Shown here piece by piece: positions 1-9,616 of a stretch of DNA of 64,000 bases. The translations under genes and the position numbers were made by a program. Source of the stretch: Bacteroidota bacterium (lineage in GTDB: Bacteria; Bacteroidota; Bacteroidia; AKYH767-A; 2013-40CM-41-45); NCBI GenBank assembly GCA_003151745.1, contig PLYJ01000220.1, positions 86,630 through 150,629 of the forward strand, given 5' to 3'. The notes under the pieces were generated by a model. It was not told where the DNA came from. It saw nothing but the letters and a program-made list of their open reading frames with translations, and did no database searches. Positions within the stretch are counted from its first letter, which is position 1. Each line of letters begins with the position of its first letter.

Positions 1-16
1 GAAGATTGACAAAGTA

Positions 17-56
17 TAAAAAAATAGGCTACCCAAAAGGATAGCCTATTTTTTAT
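17..56. terminator. Bidirectional stem-loop terminator downstream of aceA
   Basis: ataggcta (24-31) pairs with tagcctat (42-49) across a 10-nt loop. A/T runs sit on both sides, immediately 3' of the minus-strand aceA stop. Confidence 0.6.
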
Positions 57-76
57 TTTTATAAACTCTATTTTGA

Positions 77-1360
77 CTAGTGAAATTGTTCAGCTTCAGT
101 AGAACCTGCCAATGCAGTAGTAGAAGATAAACCTTGTTGACACACTTGTTGAACAGCATCAAAGTAACCTGTACCAACAAATGATTGGTGTTTAATTGCT
201 TGGAATCCTTTAGACTCTAAAGCAAATTCTCTTTGTTGTAACTCAGAGTAACCAGCCATTCCTCTTTCCATGTATGCTTTACTTAATTCAAACATAACAG
301 TGTTGTTAGCATGGAAACCGGCTAATGTAATGAATTGGAATTTGTAACCCATTGCAGCTAAGTCTTCACGGAAAGAAGTCATTGCTTTAACATCCATATA
401 TTTAGCCCAGTTGAATGAAGGAGAACAGTTGTAAGCCAACATTTTACCGGGATATTTAGCGTGGATTCCCTGAGCAAATTCTTTTGCCATACCCAAATCA
501 GGATTACCTGTTTCCATCCAGATCAAATCAGCGTAAGGAGCGTAAGCTAAACCACGATCGATACCTTGCTCTAAACCATTTTTAACATAGTAAAAACCTT
601 CAGGAGCACGTTTTCCGGGGATAATAAATTTATGGTCACGAGCATCAATGTCAGTTGTAATTAAATTTGCAGCTTCAGCATCTGTACGTGCAATAACCAA
701 TGTAGATGTACCACAAACGTCAGCAGCTAAACGGGCAGCTGATAATTTATTGATCGCTTCTTGTGTAGGAACCAATACTTTTCCACCCAAGTGACCGCAT
801 TTTTTAGCAGATGCTAATTGATCTTCCCAATGCACACCGGATGCACCTGCTTCGATCATTTGTTTCATTAATTCGAAAGCGTTCAAATTACCACCAAAAC
901 CTGCTTCAGCATCAGCAATGATAGGCACCATCCAATCACGTGTCGGCTCACCTTCCATGTATTCGATTTGATCGCGACGCATCAATGCATTGTTGATACG
1001 TTTAACAACCATTGGTACAGAGTTAGCAGGATACAAACTTTGATCAGGATACATTTCTCCTGAAAGATTTGCATCTGCTGCCACTTGCCATCCTGAAAGA
1101 TAAATTGCTTTCATCCCTGCAGTAACTTCTTGTATCGCTTGATTTCCTGTAAGTGCACCTAAACCTGCAACCCAGTCATCAGTATGTAATTTTTTCCATA
1201 ATTTTTCAGCACCATTTTTAGCCAAAGTATATTCAACAGGTACGGAACCGCTGATATTAATTACTTCTTCGGCAGTGTAATCTCTTTTTACATCTTTCCA
1301 ACGTGGATTAGTTGCCCAATCTTTTTTTAAAGCTTCCGCTCTTTCTTTTTTTGTTGCCAT
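77..1360 (-). CDS. aceA: Isocitrate lyase
   Basis: 427-aa ORF with the isocitrate lyase signature KKCGHLGGK. The sequence looks ICL-like along its full length (…DAEAGFGG…, …ARTDA…). Confidence 0.95.
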   Translation of the reverse strand: MATKKERAEALKKDWATNPRWKDVKRDYTAEEVINISGSVPVEYTLAKNGAEKLWKKLHTDDWVAGLGALTGNQAIQEVTAGMKAIYLSGWQVAADANLSGEMYPDQSLYPANSVPMVVKRINNALMRRDQIEYMEGEPTRDWMVPIIADAEAGFGGNLNAFELMKQMIEAGASGVHWEDQLASAKKCGHLGGKVLVPTQEAINKLSAARLAADVCGTSTLVIARTDAEAANLITTDIDARDHKFIIPGKRAPEGFYYVKNGLEQGIDRGLAYAPYADLIWMETGNPDLGMAKEFAQGIHAKYPGKMLAYNCSPSFNWAKYMDVKAMTSFREDLAAMGYKFQFITLAGFHANNTVMFELSKAYMERGMAGYSELQQREFALESKGFQAIKHQSFVGTGYFDAVQQVCQQGLSSTTALAGSTEAEQFH

Positions 1361-1408
1361 CTTGTTTGTGGATTTTGGATTGTTTTATTATTTGTTTTTG
1401 TTGTATTA

Positions 1409-3037
1409 TTAGTTGATAAATCGGTATGCCGCTACAGTTAAAAATTCTTCGAATGAATCATTCACTACTAAACGGTTAAACAATGCTATTGCCTGAGGAA
1501 ACTTTCCGGCCATATATCTTTTTACACCTACGTATTCTTTGATATGTACAATTTCTTCATCTCTGAAATCCTCGTATAAACTGTGGTTGATCACTCTGCC
1601 ATCATCTAATTTTGCTCCTGCTTTCAACCATTGCCATACTTGGGTTCTAGAAATTTCCGCTGTAGCAGCATCTTCCATTAAATGGTGAAGAGCAACAGCA
1701 CCGTTTCCGCATAACCAGCTTTCCAAGTAAAGAATTCCTACATTGATATTCATTCTCAATCCGTCTTCAGTGATCGTTCCTTCCGGAACCTGCACCAAGT
1801 CTGCCTCTGAACAAACAAAATTCTCTAATTTTTTTGTTTCGATCTGATTAGCTGTTGGCATGTGTTGATTAAAAATACCCAAAGCAATTTGAACCAAGGC
1901 AGGATGCGCTACCCATGTACCATCATGTCCATCAGTAACTTCTCTTGTTTTATCAACGATCACTTTATCTATGGCTTTTTGGTTTGCTGCTTCGTCATCT
2001 TTGATCGGCACCTGTGCCGCCATTCCGCCTATTGCATGCGCTTTACGTTTGTGACACGTTTGAATTACCAATTGCGTATAACTACGAATGAAAGGAGAGG
2101 TCATTGTAACCTGACTTCTTTCAGGAAAAATAAATCCTTGTCTGTTTCTGAATTTTTTAATGAAAGAAAATATATAATCCCATCTTCCGCAATTGAATCC
2201 TGAACTGTGATGACGTAATTCGTATAAAATTTCATTCAATTGAAAAGAAGCCAATATCGTTTCTATCAATACTGTTGCTTTGATGCTTCCTTGCGGAATT
2301 TTACAGTAATCCTGAGAAAACACAAAGATGTCGTTCCATAAACGAGCCTCTAAATAACTTTCTAATTTTGGTAAATAGAAATATGGACCGCTACCATTGT
2401 CAAGTAAATATTTTGCATTGTGAAAAAAGTATAAAGCAAAATCAACAATACCACCGCTTACAGGCTCTCCATCAATAATAATATGTTTTTCCAATAAATG
2501 CCATCCTCTCGGACGAACCAATAAAGTAGCCACTTTCGGATTTAATTTATATTCTTTACCTCCTTTGTTGCTAAAAGTAATGGTTCTTCTGATAGCATCC
2601 TTAAGGTTGATCTGACCTTGAATATTGTTAGACCAGCTCGGAGAATTACTATCTTCAAAATCAGCCATGAACATCTTAGCCCCTGAATTCAATGCATTGA
2701 TGATCATTTTGCGATCAACAGGTCCTGTTATTTCAACACGTCTGTCTTGCAAGTCAGCAGGAACAGGGTCAACAGTCCAGTCTCCGTTACGGATATCAGC
2801 TGTTTCCGGTAAAAAATGCAAAGCTTTACCGCTATCAATATCTTCCTGAACCTTCTTTCGGTTTTCTAATAAGGTATATCTTGTTGCATTGAATTTTCTA
2901 TGCAATTCTCTTATAAATGTTAGGGCTTCCATCGTTAGGATAGCCTCAAACTCAGCCTTGTAAGGGCTTGTAATACTCATACCTTCAGGTGTACTGAATG
3001 TTTTCGGAGTTTCTTTGGTTGAAGTTGAGTTGCTCAT
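1409..3037 (-). CDS. aceB: Malate synthase A
   Basis: 542-aa ORF directly upstream of aceA on the same strand. It has the malate synthase A-type C-terminal motif LMEDAATAEISRTQVWQW and a typical length. Confidence 0.92.
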   Translation of the reverse strand: MSNSTSTKETPKTFSTPEGMSITSPYKAEFEAILTMEALTFIRELHRKFNATRYTLLENRKKVQEDIDSGKALHFLPETADIRNGDWTVDPVPADLQDRRVEITGPVDRKMIINALNSGAKMFMADFEDSNSPSWSNNIQGQINLKDAIRRTITFSNKGGKEYKLNPKVATLLVRPRGWHLLEKHIIIDGEPVSGGIVDFALYFFHNAKYLLDNGSGPYFYLPKLESYLEARLWNDIFVFSQDYCKIPQGSIKATVLIETILASFQLNEILYELRHHSSGFNCGRWDYIFSFIKKFRNRQGFIFPERSQVTMTSPFIRSYTQLVIQTCHKRKAHAIGGMAAQVPIKDDEAANQKAIDKVIVDKTREVTDGHDGTWVAHPALVQIALGIFNQHMPTANQIETKKLENFVCSEADLVQVPEGTITEDGLRMNINVGILYLESWLCGNGAVALHHLMEDAATAEISRTQVWQWLKAGAKLDDGRVINHSLYEDFRDEEIVHIKEYVGVKRYMAGKFPQAIALFNRLVVNDSFEEFLTVAAYRFIN

Positions 3038-3159
3038 AGATATTACTTTTTAGTAAGGCAAATATAGCAAATTTTATTTAACAGAGAAAATTTCGCTAAA
3101 AATTTTTATTTCTTTAAAAAATGCATTTTCATTCGATGTTAAATTCATACTTTTGAATT

Positions 3160-4647
3160 ATGATTTCGGATAGTGATGGAATACGTTTAATTTTCGGGCT
3201 AAAATTAAAAGCCCTCCGCCAACAGCAAGGTATGAATTACCAAGCTTTGTCGGAAGCTACAGGTATTGCTGTTTCTTACCTGCACGATATTGAGAACGGT
3301 AAAAAATATCCAAAAGGCGAGAAAATCATTGTTCTGGCAAAAGCCCTTCAGGTTGATTATGATTACCTGGTCTCACTTACCGCCAAAAAGCGTTTGCAGC
3401 CCATCATCGACTTTATGAATTCCGACTTTACTTCCACAGTGCCATGGGAACATTTTGGAATAACTCCTGCCTCGCTATTAAGCATGTTTGCTAATATGCC
3501 GGATAAAATAACTGCTTTTGTAAGTACTATTTTAAAACGAAGCCGCCGACTACAAACCAGCAACGATACTTTTTATACCTCTGCATTGCGCAGCTACCAA
3601 GACTTACACGATAATTATTTCGAAGATCTGGAAAAAGCCGTAACTGATTTTCGTGAAAAAATAAAATTGAAAATTCATTTACCGCTGGAAGTGGGTGTTC
3701 TGGAAAAACTGTTGTTGAAATTATACGGCATTAAGGTGGATCGCAAGGGCATGAGCGGGAAAGAAGAACTAAAATATTTACGTTCTTTTTATGCCGAACA
3801 CAAAAAGATATTATATGTTAACCAAGGCCTGACGATTGCTCAGGAAAAGTTTTTATTAGGCCGGGAGCTTGCTTTCCAGCACTTGAAATTAAGTCCGAGA
3901 CCTTACGAAACAAATGTTCAAAGCTTGGCATCATTCGAAATATTACTTCATAATTTTAATGCCTCTTATTTTTCCAATGCATTGTTGATGCCCGAAAAAA
4001 CGATCATTGAGGACATTCACAGTGTTTTTGCAGCCAACAAATGGAGCAGCCAAACATGGTTGGACCTAGTTGCTAAATATGAGGTAACACCCGAAATGCT
4101 GATGCAACGCCTCACCAATATATTGCCGAAACATTTTGGAATTGAACAACTTTTTTTCCTGCGAATGAGAGGCGAAGTGGAAAAAGATTATTTTGAAATT
4201 ACAAAAGAATTACACCTGTCCCAATTCCATAATCCTTATGCTAACGACCTGCAGGAGCACTATTGCAGAAGGTGGTTGGCAATTGATATTATGAAGGATG
4301 TTGACAAAAAAGTAAAAAGTAAAAAGTTTCGTCAGCCACTTATTCACGCACAAATTTCGGAATACTGGCAAACGGACAGCCGTTATTTTTGCATCACTTT
4401 TGCAAAACCACATTCCGCCGATTCCGACGTGATCATAAGCGTTACGCTTGGTTTACTCATCGATCAAAATTTACTGCAAAAAGTCGCCCTTTTAAACGAC
4501 CCTTCTATTCCAATAAAAACGGTGCATACCACTTGCGAACGTTGCGGTATCATGGATTGCAAGGAAAGAGCCGGAAAGCCTATCATTATTGACCAACAGG
4601 AGAAAATTAAAGCAATCGAGGAAACGTTGCAGAAGTTGGATCAGTAA
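3160..4647 (+). CDS. XRE-HTH regulator of the ScfR/RamB/PrpR (short-chain fatty acyl-CoA regulator) type
   Basis: The N-terminal XRE HTH reads LKALRQQQGMNYQALSEATGIAVSYLHDIENGKKYP. A long central region resembles ImmA/IrrE. The C-terminal Cys cluster HTTCERCGIMDCKERA is as in DUF2083 regulators. The gene is divergent from aceB-aceA. Confidence 0.7.
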   Translation: MISDSDGIRLIFGLKLKALRQQQGMNYQALSEATGIAVSYLHDIENGKKYPKGEKIIVLAKALQVDYDYLVSLTAKKRLQPIIDFMNSDFTSTVPWEHFGITPASLLSMFANMPDKITAFVSTILKRSRRLQTSNDTFYTSALRSYQDLHDNYFEDLEKAVTDFREKIKLKIHLPLEVGVLEKLLLKLYGIKVDRKGMSGKEELKYLRSFYAEHKKILYVNQGLTIAQEKFLLGRELAFQHLKLSPRPYETNVQSLASFEILLHNFNASYFSNALLMPEKTIIEDIHSVFAANKWSSQTWLDLVAKYEVTPEMLMQRLTNILPKHFGIEQLFFLRMRGEVEKDYFEITKELHLSQFHNPYANDLQEHYCRRWLAIDIMKDVDKKVKSKKFRQPLIHAQISEYWQTDSRYFCITFAKPHSADSDVIISVTLGLLIDQNLLQKVALLNDPSIPIKTVHTTCERCGIMDCKERAGKPIIIDQQEKIKAIEETLQKLDQ

Positions 4648-4698
4648 GGTAAACCCCAAAAGACCAATAAAATTGGATGAATAAAAGATTATTGTGAT

Positions 4699-6423
4699 AT
4701 GATAATGACCGAAAAAAAAGCAAAGAGTCCTTTATCAAATAGTTTTTTTTTGGTCGCATTATTGATATTGGTACTCGTCACTTCTGCCATTTACATGAAG
4801 TCTTTAAACAACCGGTTTACCTGTTGGGATGACCAACTTTATGTTGTGGACAACACGGACATCCGCACACTTCACGGAGATAGCGTTTATTACACCTTGA
4901 AAAAAACATTTACAACTTACTCCGTTGGAAATTATCATCCCCTTACCATGTTAAGTTATTGTTTGGAATATGATCTGTTCAAGCTTAGATCCAAACCCTA
5001 CCATGTTACCAATTTTGTATTACATACTTTAAATGTTTTATTGGTATTTGTATTTATTTGGTTACTCGCTAAGCGGCACTGGATAGCATTTATAACAGCA
5101 TTATTATTTGCCGTGCATCCCATGCATGTGGAATCTGTTGCCTGGATTTCGGAGCGGAAAGATGTGTTGTACGCTTTCTTTTTTTTATCCGCATTATGCA
5201 CTTATTTGCTGTATTTGCAAAAGGAAGAAAAAAAGAAAGTGTTTTATTGGCTAACCTTTTTGTTATTTACGTTCTCTTGTTTCTCAAAAGGAATGGCGAT
5301 CTGCTTTCCCTTTGTTTTATTTGCGATCGATCTTTTTTTATCGCGGGGGATCACTCGCAAAACTTTTGTAGAAAAGATCCCATTTTTAATACTCTCCATA
5401 ATCTTTGGCTATATTGCTATTCAGGCACAAAAAGCTCTGGGAGCCCTAGACAATATTCCTTCTACGTCGTTCATAGAAAAACTTTTGTTGGCTTGCTATG
5501 AGTTAATGATGTATGGTTGGAAATTTATTTTTCCCATTCATCTGTCCATGTTTTATAACTATCCGATTAAAATTAACGGCTGGTATCCTTCAGCCATTTA
5601 CATAAGCCCTTTCATATTAATACTGTTTGCCGGACTCATTTATAAATATCAAAAAAACAATAAAGAAGTATTGTTTGGTCTTGCCTTTTTTGTAATTAAT
5701 ATATTTATCGTTTTAAAAGTAGTACCGGTAGGTAATGCTATAATGGCCGACCGATATTCATACATGTCTTATATCGGTTTGTTTTTTATTCTTGGATACT
5801 TCATAAACAAAATAGCAGATCTGCCATCTACCCAACAAAAACAATTAAAAAACTTTGTTGTGATCGTGTTTTCTTTGTATTCTATTGTATGTTGTTATTT
5901 ATCATTTCAACGTACAAAAATTTGGAAAAACAGCATTAACTTATTTACGGATGCTATCGAAAAACAAGAAGGAAGTGCATTTACCTTCACCTACAGAGGG
6001 ATCTCTTATTTTTATGATCAGCAATACAGCAATGCCTTGAACGATTTTAACCAGGCCATTAAATTAGATAGTAACTATGCTGAAGCGTACCGTTCAAGGG
6101 GTTCTTTTTATTATATCATGCAAAATAATAATGCAGCTTTGATGGATTATAACAAAGTTCTAAAGCTTGATCCACATCAATTGGAATGTTTAATAAAAAG
6201 AGCTGAAATATTTTTAACACTTAAGCAGTACAACAATGCCATTGCCGACTATACCACTATTATCCAACTAAACCCTACTTACGCAGCAGCATACTACTTT
6301 CGGGGGGAAGCATATTTTAATTTGCACTTAAACAAATTTGCTTTAGATGACATCTTAAAAGCCAAAAAATTGGGTTATCCGGTTGACAAAAAAATGATAG
6401 AGTTGTTATCATCTTCCATATAA
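4699..6423 (+). CDS. Multi-pass membrane GT-C-like (TMTC/PMT-like) protein with C-terminal TPR repeats
   Basis: A WDDQ acidic motif follows TM1. There are about 10 hydrophobic segments with a conserved HPMHVESVAWISERKDVLY block. The C-terminal TPR repeats read AEAYRSRGSFYY… and AAAYYFRGEAYF. The start could be 4699 or 4705. Confidence 0.7.
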   Translation: MIMTEKKAKSPLSNSFFLVALLILVLVTSAIYMKSLNNRFTCWDDQLYVVDNTDIRTLHGDSVYYTLKKTFTTYSVGNYHPLTMLSYCLEYDLFKLRSKPYHVTNFVLHTLNVLLVFVFIWLLAKRHWIAFITALLFAVHPMHVESVAWISERKDVLYAFFFLSALCTYLLYLQKEEKKKVFYWLTFLLFTFSCFSKGMAICFPFVLFAIDLFLSRGITRKTFVEKIPFLILSIIFGYIAIQAQKALGALDNIPSTSFIEKLLLACYELMMYGWKFIFPIHLSMFYNYPIKINGWYPSAIYISPFILILFAGLIYKYQKNNKEVLFGLAFFVINIFIVLKVVPVGNAIMADRYSYMSYIGLFFILGYFINKIADLPSTQQKQLKNFVVIVFSLYSIVCCYLSFQRTKIWKNSINLFTDAIEKQEGSAFTFTYRGISYFYDQQYSNALNDFNQAIKLDSNYAEAYRSRGSFYYIMQNNNAALMDYNKVLKLDPHQLECLIKRAEIFLTLKQYNNAIADYTTIIQLNPTYAAAYYFRGEAYFNLHLNKFALDDILKAKKLGYPVDKKMIELLSSSI

Positions 6424-6527
6424 TATTCATTACTATTCTACTCGGCCCCTCATAGGAGAGAGGAAAAAATTCAGATAAAAATATTAGTTTTGTTAACTGC
6501 CCACAATTAAAACTCCAAAGAAGTAAG

Positions 6528-8675
6528 ATGGCTAAAAAGAATGAAAATAAAAAACTTCATCAATTACAATCGACTGCTATTGTTGATAAAAACAACCTTA
6601 ATAAATTCATACTATTTGCGCTAGTTGCAATCATTATTACAACCATCATTATCTATTTCAAGGCTATAAAATTCGATTTTATTTATAATTGGGATGATCA
6701 GGATTATATCATTGATAATGCTGATATAAAGCACTTAAATTTTGAAAATGTCAAGCGATTCTTTAGCAGCTTTTATAATAGCAATTACCAACCGGTAACC
6801 ATGTTGGTATATGCCATTGAGTATAAATCAGGCAATGGCAATCCGTCTGTTTTTCATTTACTCAATATTATTATTCATTTACTGAACACATTTCTGGTAT
6901 TCAAATTAATACGTAATATTTCGCCCAAAAATGCCATTGTTGCTTTAATTACCGCCACATTATTTGCCATTCATCCCATGCATATCGAATCAGTTGCCTG
7001 GGTTTCCGAATTAAAAGATGTTCTTTATTCCTTCTTCTTTTTAATTTCATTACTATTTTATACCCACTTTTTAAAAACTAAAAAAATTAAAGATTTAACT
7101 CTTGTCATGTGTTTCTTTTTGCTCTCTTGTTTAAGTAAGTCCGCGGCTGTGATATTACCATTCGTTTTATTGTCTATCGACTATTATTATGACAGGAAGC
7201 TAAGCTGGAAAATGGTTATAGAAAAGGTCCCTTTTTTTGCGATCTCTCTGCTTTTTGGTATTGTAGCGATACATTCTCAGGGGAGTGCAATTAAAGAAAT
7301 GGCCCCGGAAATGTCCATTCTTGAACACATGGCAATAATTTCTTTTTCCTTTTGCAGTTATCTTATTAAAGCTGTTTTACCATTCAAATTATCTGCCTTG
7401 TATCCATACCCGATTGAACTACAAGGCACCCTTTCAATGATTTATTATTTATCAATATTGTTATTAGTTGCGATTTTTATTGCTGTTTGGTTTTCAAAAA
7501 AATGGGGAAAAGATATACTGTTTGGCTTTATCTTTTTTATATTCACAATAATACTTGTTATTCAATTTGTCCCTGTCGGCGCAGCTTCTATGGCCGATAG
7601 ATATACCTATATCCCTTACATCGGATTGTTTTTTATACTTGGAAATTTTTTCGCTTTTATACAGGAGCGGTATCTTGCTTATAAAAACATTTTGTCGGGA
7701 ATTTTAGTAATATGTTTTATTGCATATTCTACATTTAGTTACAGCCGTGTGAATATTTGGAAAAATGATGAAACGTTGTTCACCGATGTGATCAACAAAT
7801 ATCCTTATTGTAGTATCGCTTATCTAAACAGAGGAACCTATTTTTTTAACTACCTAACTCCTTCTTCTGCCAATGTATCTGATAAGAACAGCTATATGCA
7901 AAAAGCAATAATTGATTTTGAAAATGCTTTGAAATATCCATTATCCGATGCTAATAAAGCAAGAGCTTATCTAGGCATAGGAAAAATCAATGGATCATTA
8001 AACAATTTTGATAGCGCCATTCAGTATTTGACAAAATGTATAGCAATTGATGCAAGCTACCGGCTAAACGCGTATATGGAACGAGGTAGTATTTATTTGA
8101 ACCATTACGCGGGAAAAGCATTTTTAAACGATACAGTAAAAAGGAATAACTATTTGCATAAATCCATCCAAGACTTTGAATCATCTTTAAAACTCCCAAG
8201 TAAAGACAACTTAAAAGGACTCATTTATTACAACTTAAGTATGGTGCAATCACAATTAGGCAATGTTAAAGATGCAATAACCAATATTGATTTTGCGATA
8301 AAATTTAACCCTAATGATTTGAACGGTTACTTCAGCAGATGCGGGTATAAGATTTCCATTGGTGATTACAATGGTGCTATTGCAGATTGCAATCTAATCA
8401 TTAAACTTGATCCTCAAAATGGCAAAGCATATTTCAGTCGTGCATATATTGAATATGAAATGGGCGATTTTAAGGCTACAATAAATGATATATCTTTAGT
8501 TTTAAATATCGACAAAAACAATTCAACAGCATATACGCTGAGAGCAAATGCATACAATAACTGCAAAAACTACAAAAATGCCATAGATGATTATAACAAG
8601 GCAATAGAACTAAATCCAAATGATTTGGTAGCTATTGATAATCGAAATAAAATTATTCTCTATTCAAAAAGATAG
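6528..8675 (+). CDS. Paralogous TMTC/PMT-like GT-C membrane protein with a longer TPR array
   Basis: Same architecture as the 4699 gene (NWDDQDY, HPMHIESVAWVSELKDVLY, MADRYTYIPYIGLFFILG), followed by about 6 TPR units. Confidence 0.7.
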   Translation: MAKKNENKKLHQLQSTAIVDKNNLNKFILFALVAIIITTIIIYFKAIKFDFIYNWDDQDYIIDNADIKHLNFENVKRFFSSFYNSNYQPVTMLVYAIEYKSGNGNPSVFHLLNIIIHLLNTFLVFKLIRNISPKNAIVALITATLFAIHPMHIESVAWVSELKDVLYSFFFLISLLFYTHFLKTKKIKDLTLVMCFFLLSCLSKSAAVILPFVLLSIDYYYDRKLSWKMVIEKVPFFAISLLFGIVAIHSQGSAIKEMAPEMSILEHMAIISFSFCSYLIKAVLPFKLSALYPYPIELQGTLSMIYYLSILLLVAIFIAVWFSKKWGKDILFGFIFFIFTIILVIQFVPVGAASMADRYTYIPYIGLFFILGNFFAFIQERYLAYKNILSGILVICFIAYSTFSYSRVNIWKNDETLFTDVINKYPYCSIAYLNRGTYFFNYLTPSSANVSDKNSYMQKAIIDFENALKYPLSDANKARAYLGIGKINGSLNNFDSAIQYLTKCIAIDASYRLNAYMERGSIYLNHYAGKAFLNDTVKRNNYLHKSIQDFESSLKLPSKDNLKGLIYYNLSMVQSQLGNVKDAITNIDFAIKFNPNDLNGYFSRCGYKISIGDYNGAIADCNLIIKLDPQNGKAYFSRAYIEYEMGDFKATINDISLVLNIDKNNSTAYTLRANAYNNCKNYKNAIDDYNKAIELNPNDLVAIDNRNKIILYSKR

Positions 8676-8704
8676 GTTCCAAATTGTTGTTTTATTTATC
8701 TCTT

Positions 8705-8768
8705 TCAAAACAATCTACACGTATCTTTAATAGATTGTCCAGCAGAAATAAATTTGAAATCAGGGAAA
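8705..8768 (-). pseudogene. Orphan remnant of the 3' end of the SDR epimerase gene
   Basis: The reverse complement reads …FPDFKFISAGQSIKDTCRLF*. This parallels …FPDFKFIPVEQSIKDTCRLFLKDG… at the end of the intact gene (9651-9719), with mostly matching bases by eye over about 68 nt. Confidence 0.6.
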
Positions 8769-8784
8769 CGTAATCCAAGGGTTA

Positions 8785-9606
8785 CTATTTTAACTTTTTG
8801 TTTTCTTGCAATACTTTTGCATTCTGTGAATTCACAATTTTCTTACCAGTTTTTGCTTCAATTTCTTTTCGTGTATTTCCAGCAATAGTACCACCTTGAT
8901 GAGCAATAATTTTATTTTCATTCAATGTATTCGGTTTCTTTTCTTTTGATATTTCCGCAGTAGTGGCTTCAGCAAGCATATTTAGGACTAACTCAAGGTT
9001 AGTCATATTATCACGAAGATTTTCTTTTTTCAGATTTTTATGTTTTTTGTATTGCTTTACTGTTTTGCCACTCCACGCTTGTGTAATAATGTCAGTTAGG
9101 GTTGCAAACTCCTGTCCTTTTTTTACTCCTCTGCTTTCCCACTCATCTGTAAGGTCTTTTCGTACTTCAATACTTTTTAATCGTTGATTAATCCATTCTT
9201 TGCTATATCCGAGAGTTAAATAATTTTCCATAGCCCTGTCTATGCTCAATTCAGGATTTTGTGATTCTTCTATCCGTTCATAACCGACTTTCGCTAACCA
9301 TTGTTTAAAAGGTTCGGCTTTAGGCGATGGAACTGACTGAATTAAACGAAGTATTTGTTCTGTATCCGCTACATCGGTAGCTCGAAGTTTTCCATCTTCT
9401 GCTTGCATTTTCAACTGTCCCAAATTATGGGACAGTTCACCCCCTTCCTCATTTAGCTTTGTTTTTAAAGCATTCCAATACTTCCTTGGCCGTGGACTAT
9501 CGGTTAAAACTTCGACAATATCAATTACGGAAAAATACCATTTTTCTTCTTCTTCGTTCCATGAAGAACGAATTTTTTTGCTTTCAAATAATTTTATGTT
9601 GTTCAT
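8785..9606 (-). CDS. Bro-N domain / DinD-like DNA-damage-inducible family protein
   Basis: 273 aa. The N-terminus FESKKIRSSWNEEEEKWYFSVIDIVEVLTDSPRPRKYW is typical of Bro-N. The C-terminal half resembles DinD-like proteins. Confidence 0.7.
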   Translation of the reverse strand: MNNIKLFESKKIRSSWNEEEEKWYFSVIDIVEVLTDSPRPRKYWNALKTKLNEEGGELSHNLGQLKMQAEDGKLRATDVADTEQILRLIQSVPSPKAEPFKQWLAKVGYERIEESQNPELSIDRAMENYLTLGYSKEWINQRLKSIEVRKDLTDEWESRGVKKGQEFATLTDIITQAWSGKTVKQYKKHKNLKKENLRDNMTNLELVLNMLAEATTAEISKEKKPNTLNENKIIAHQGGTIAGNTRKEIEAKTGKKIVNSQNAKVLQENKKLK

Positions 9607-9616
9607 TGAAATATTT

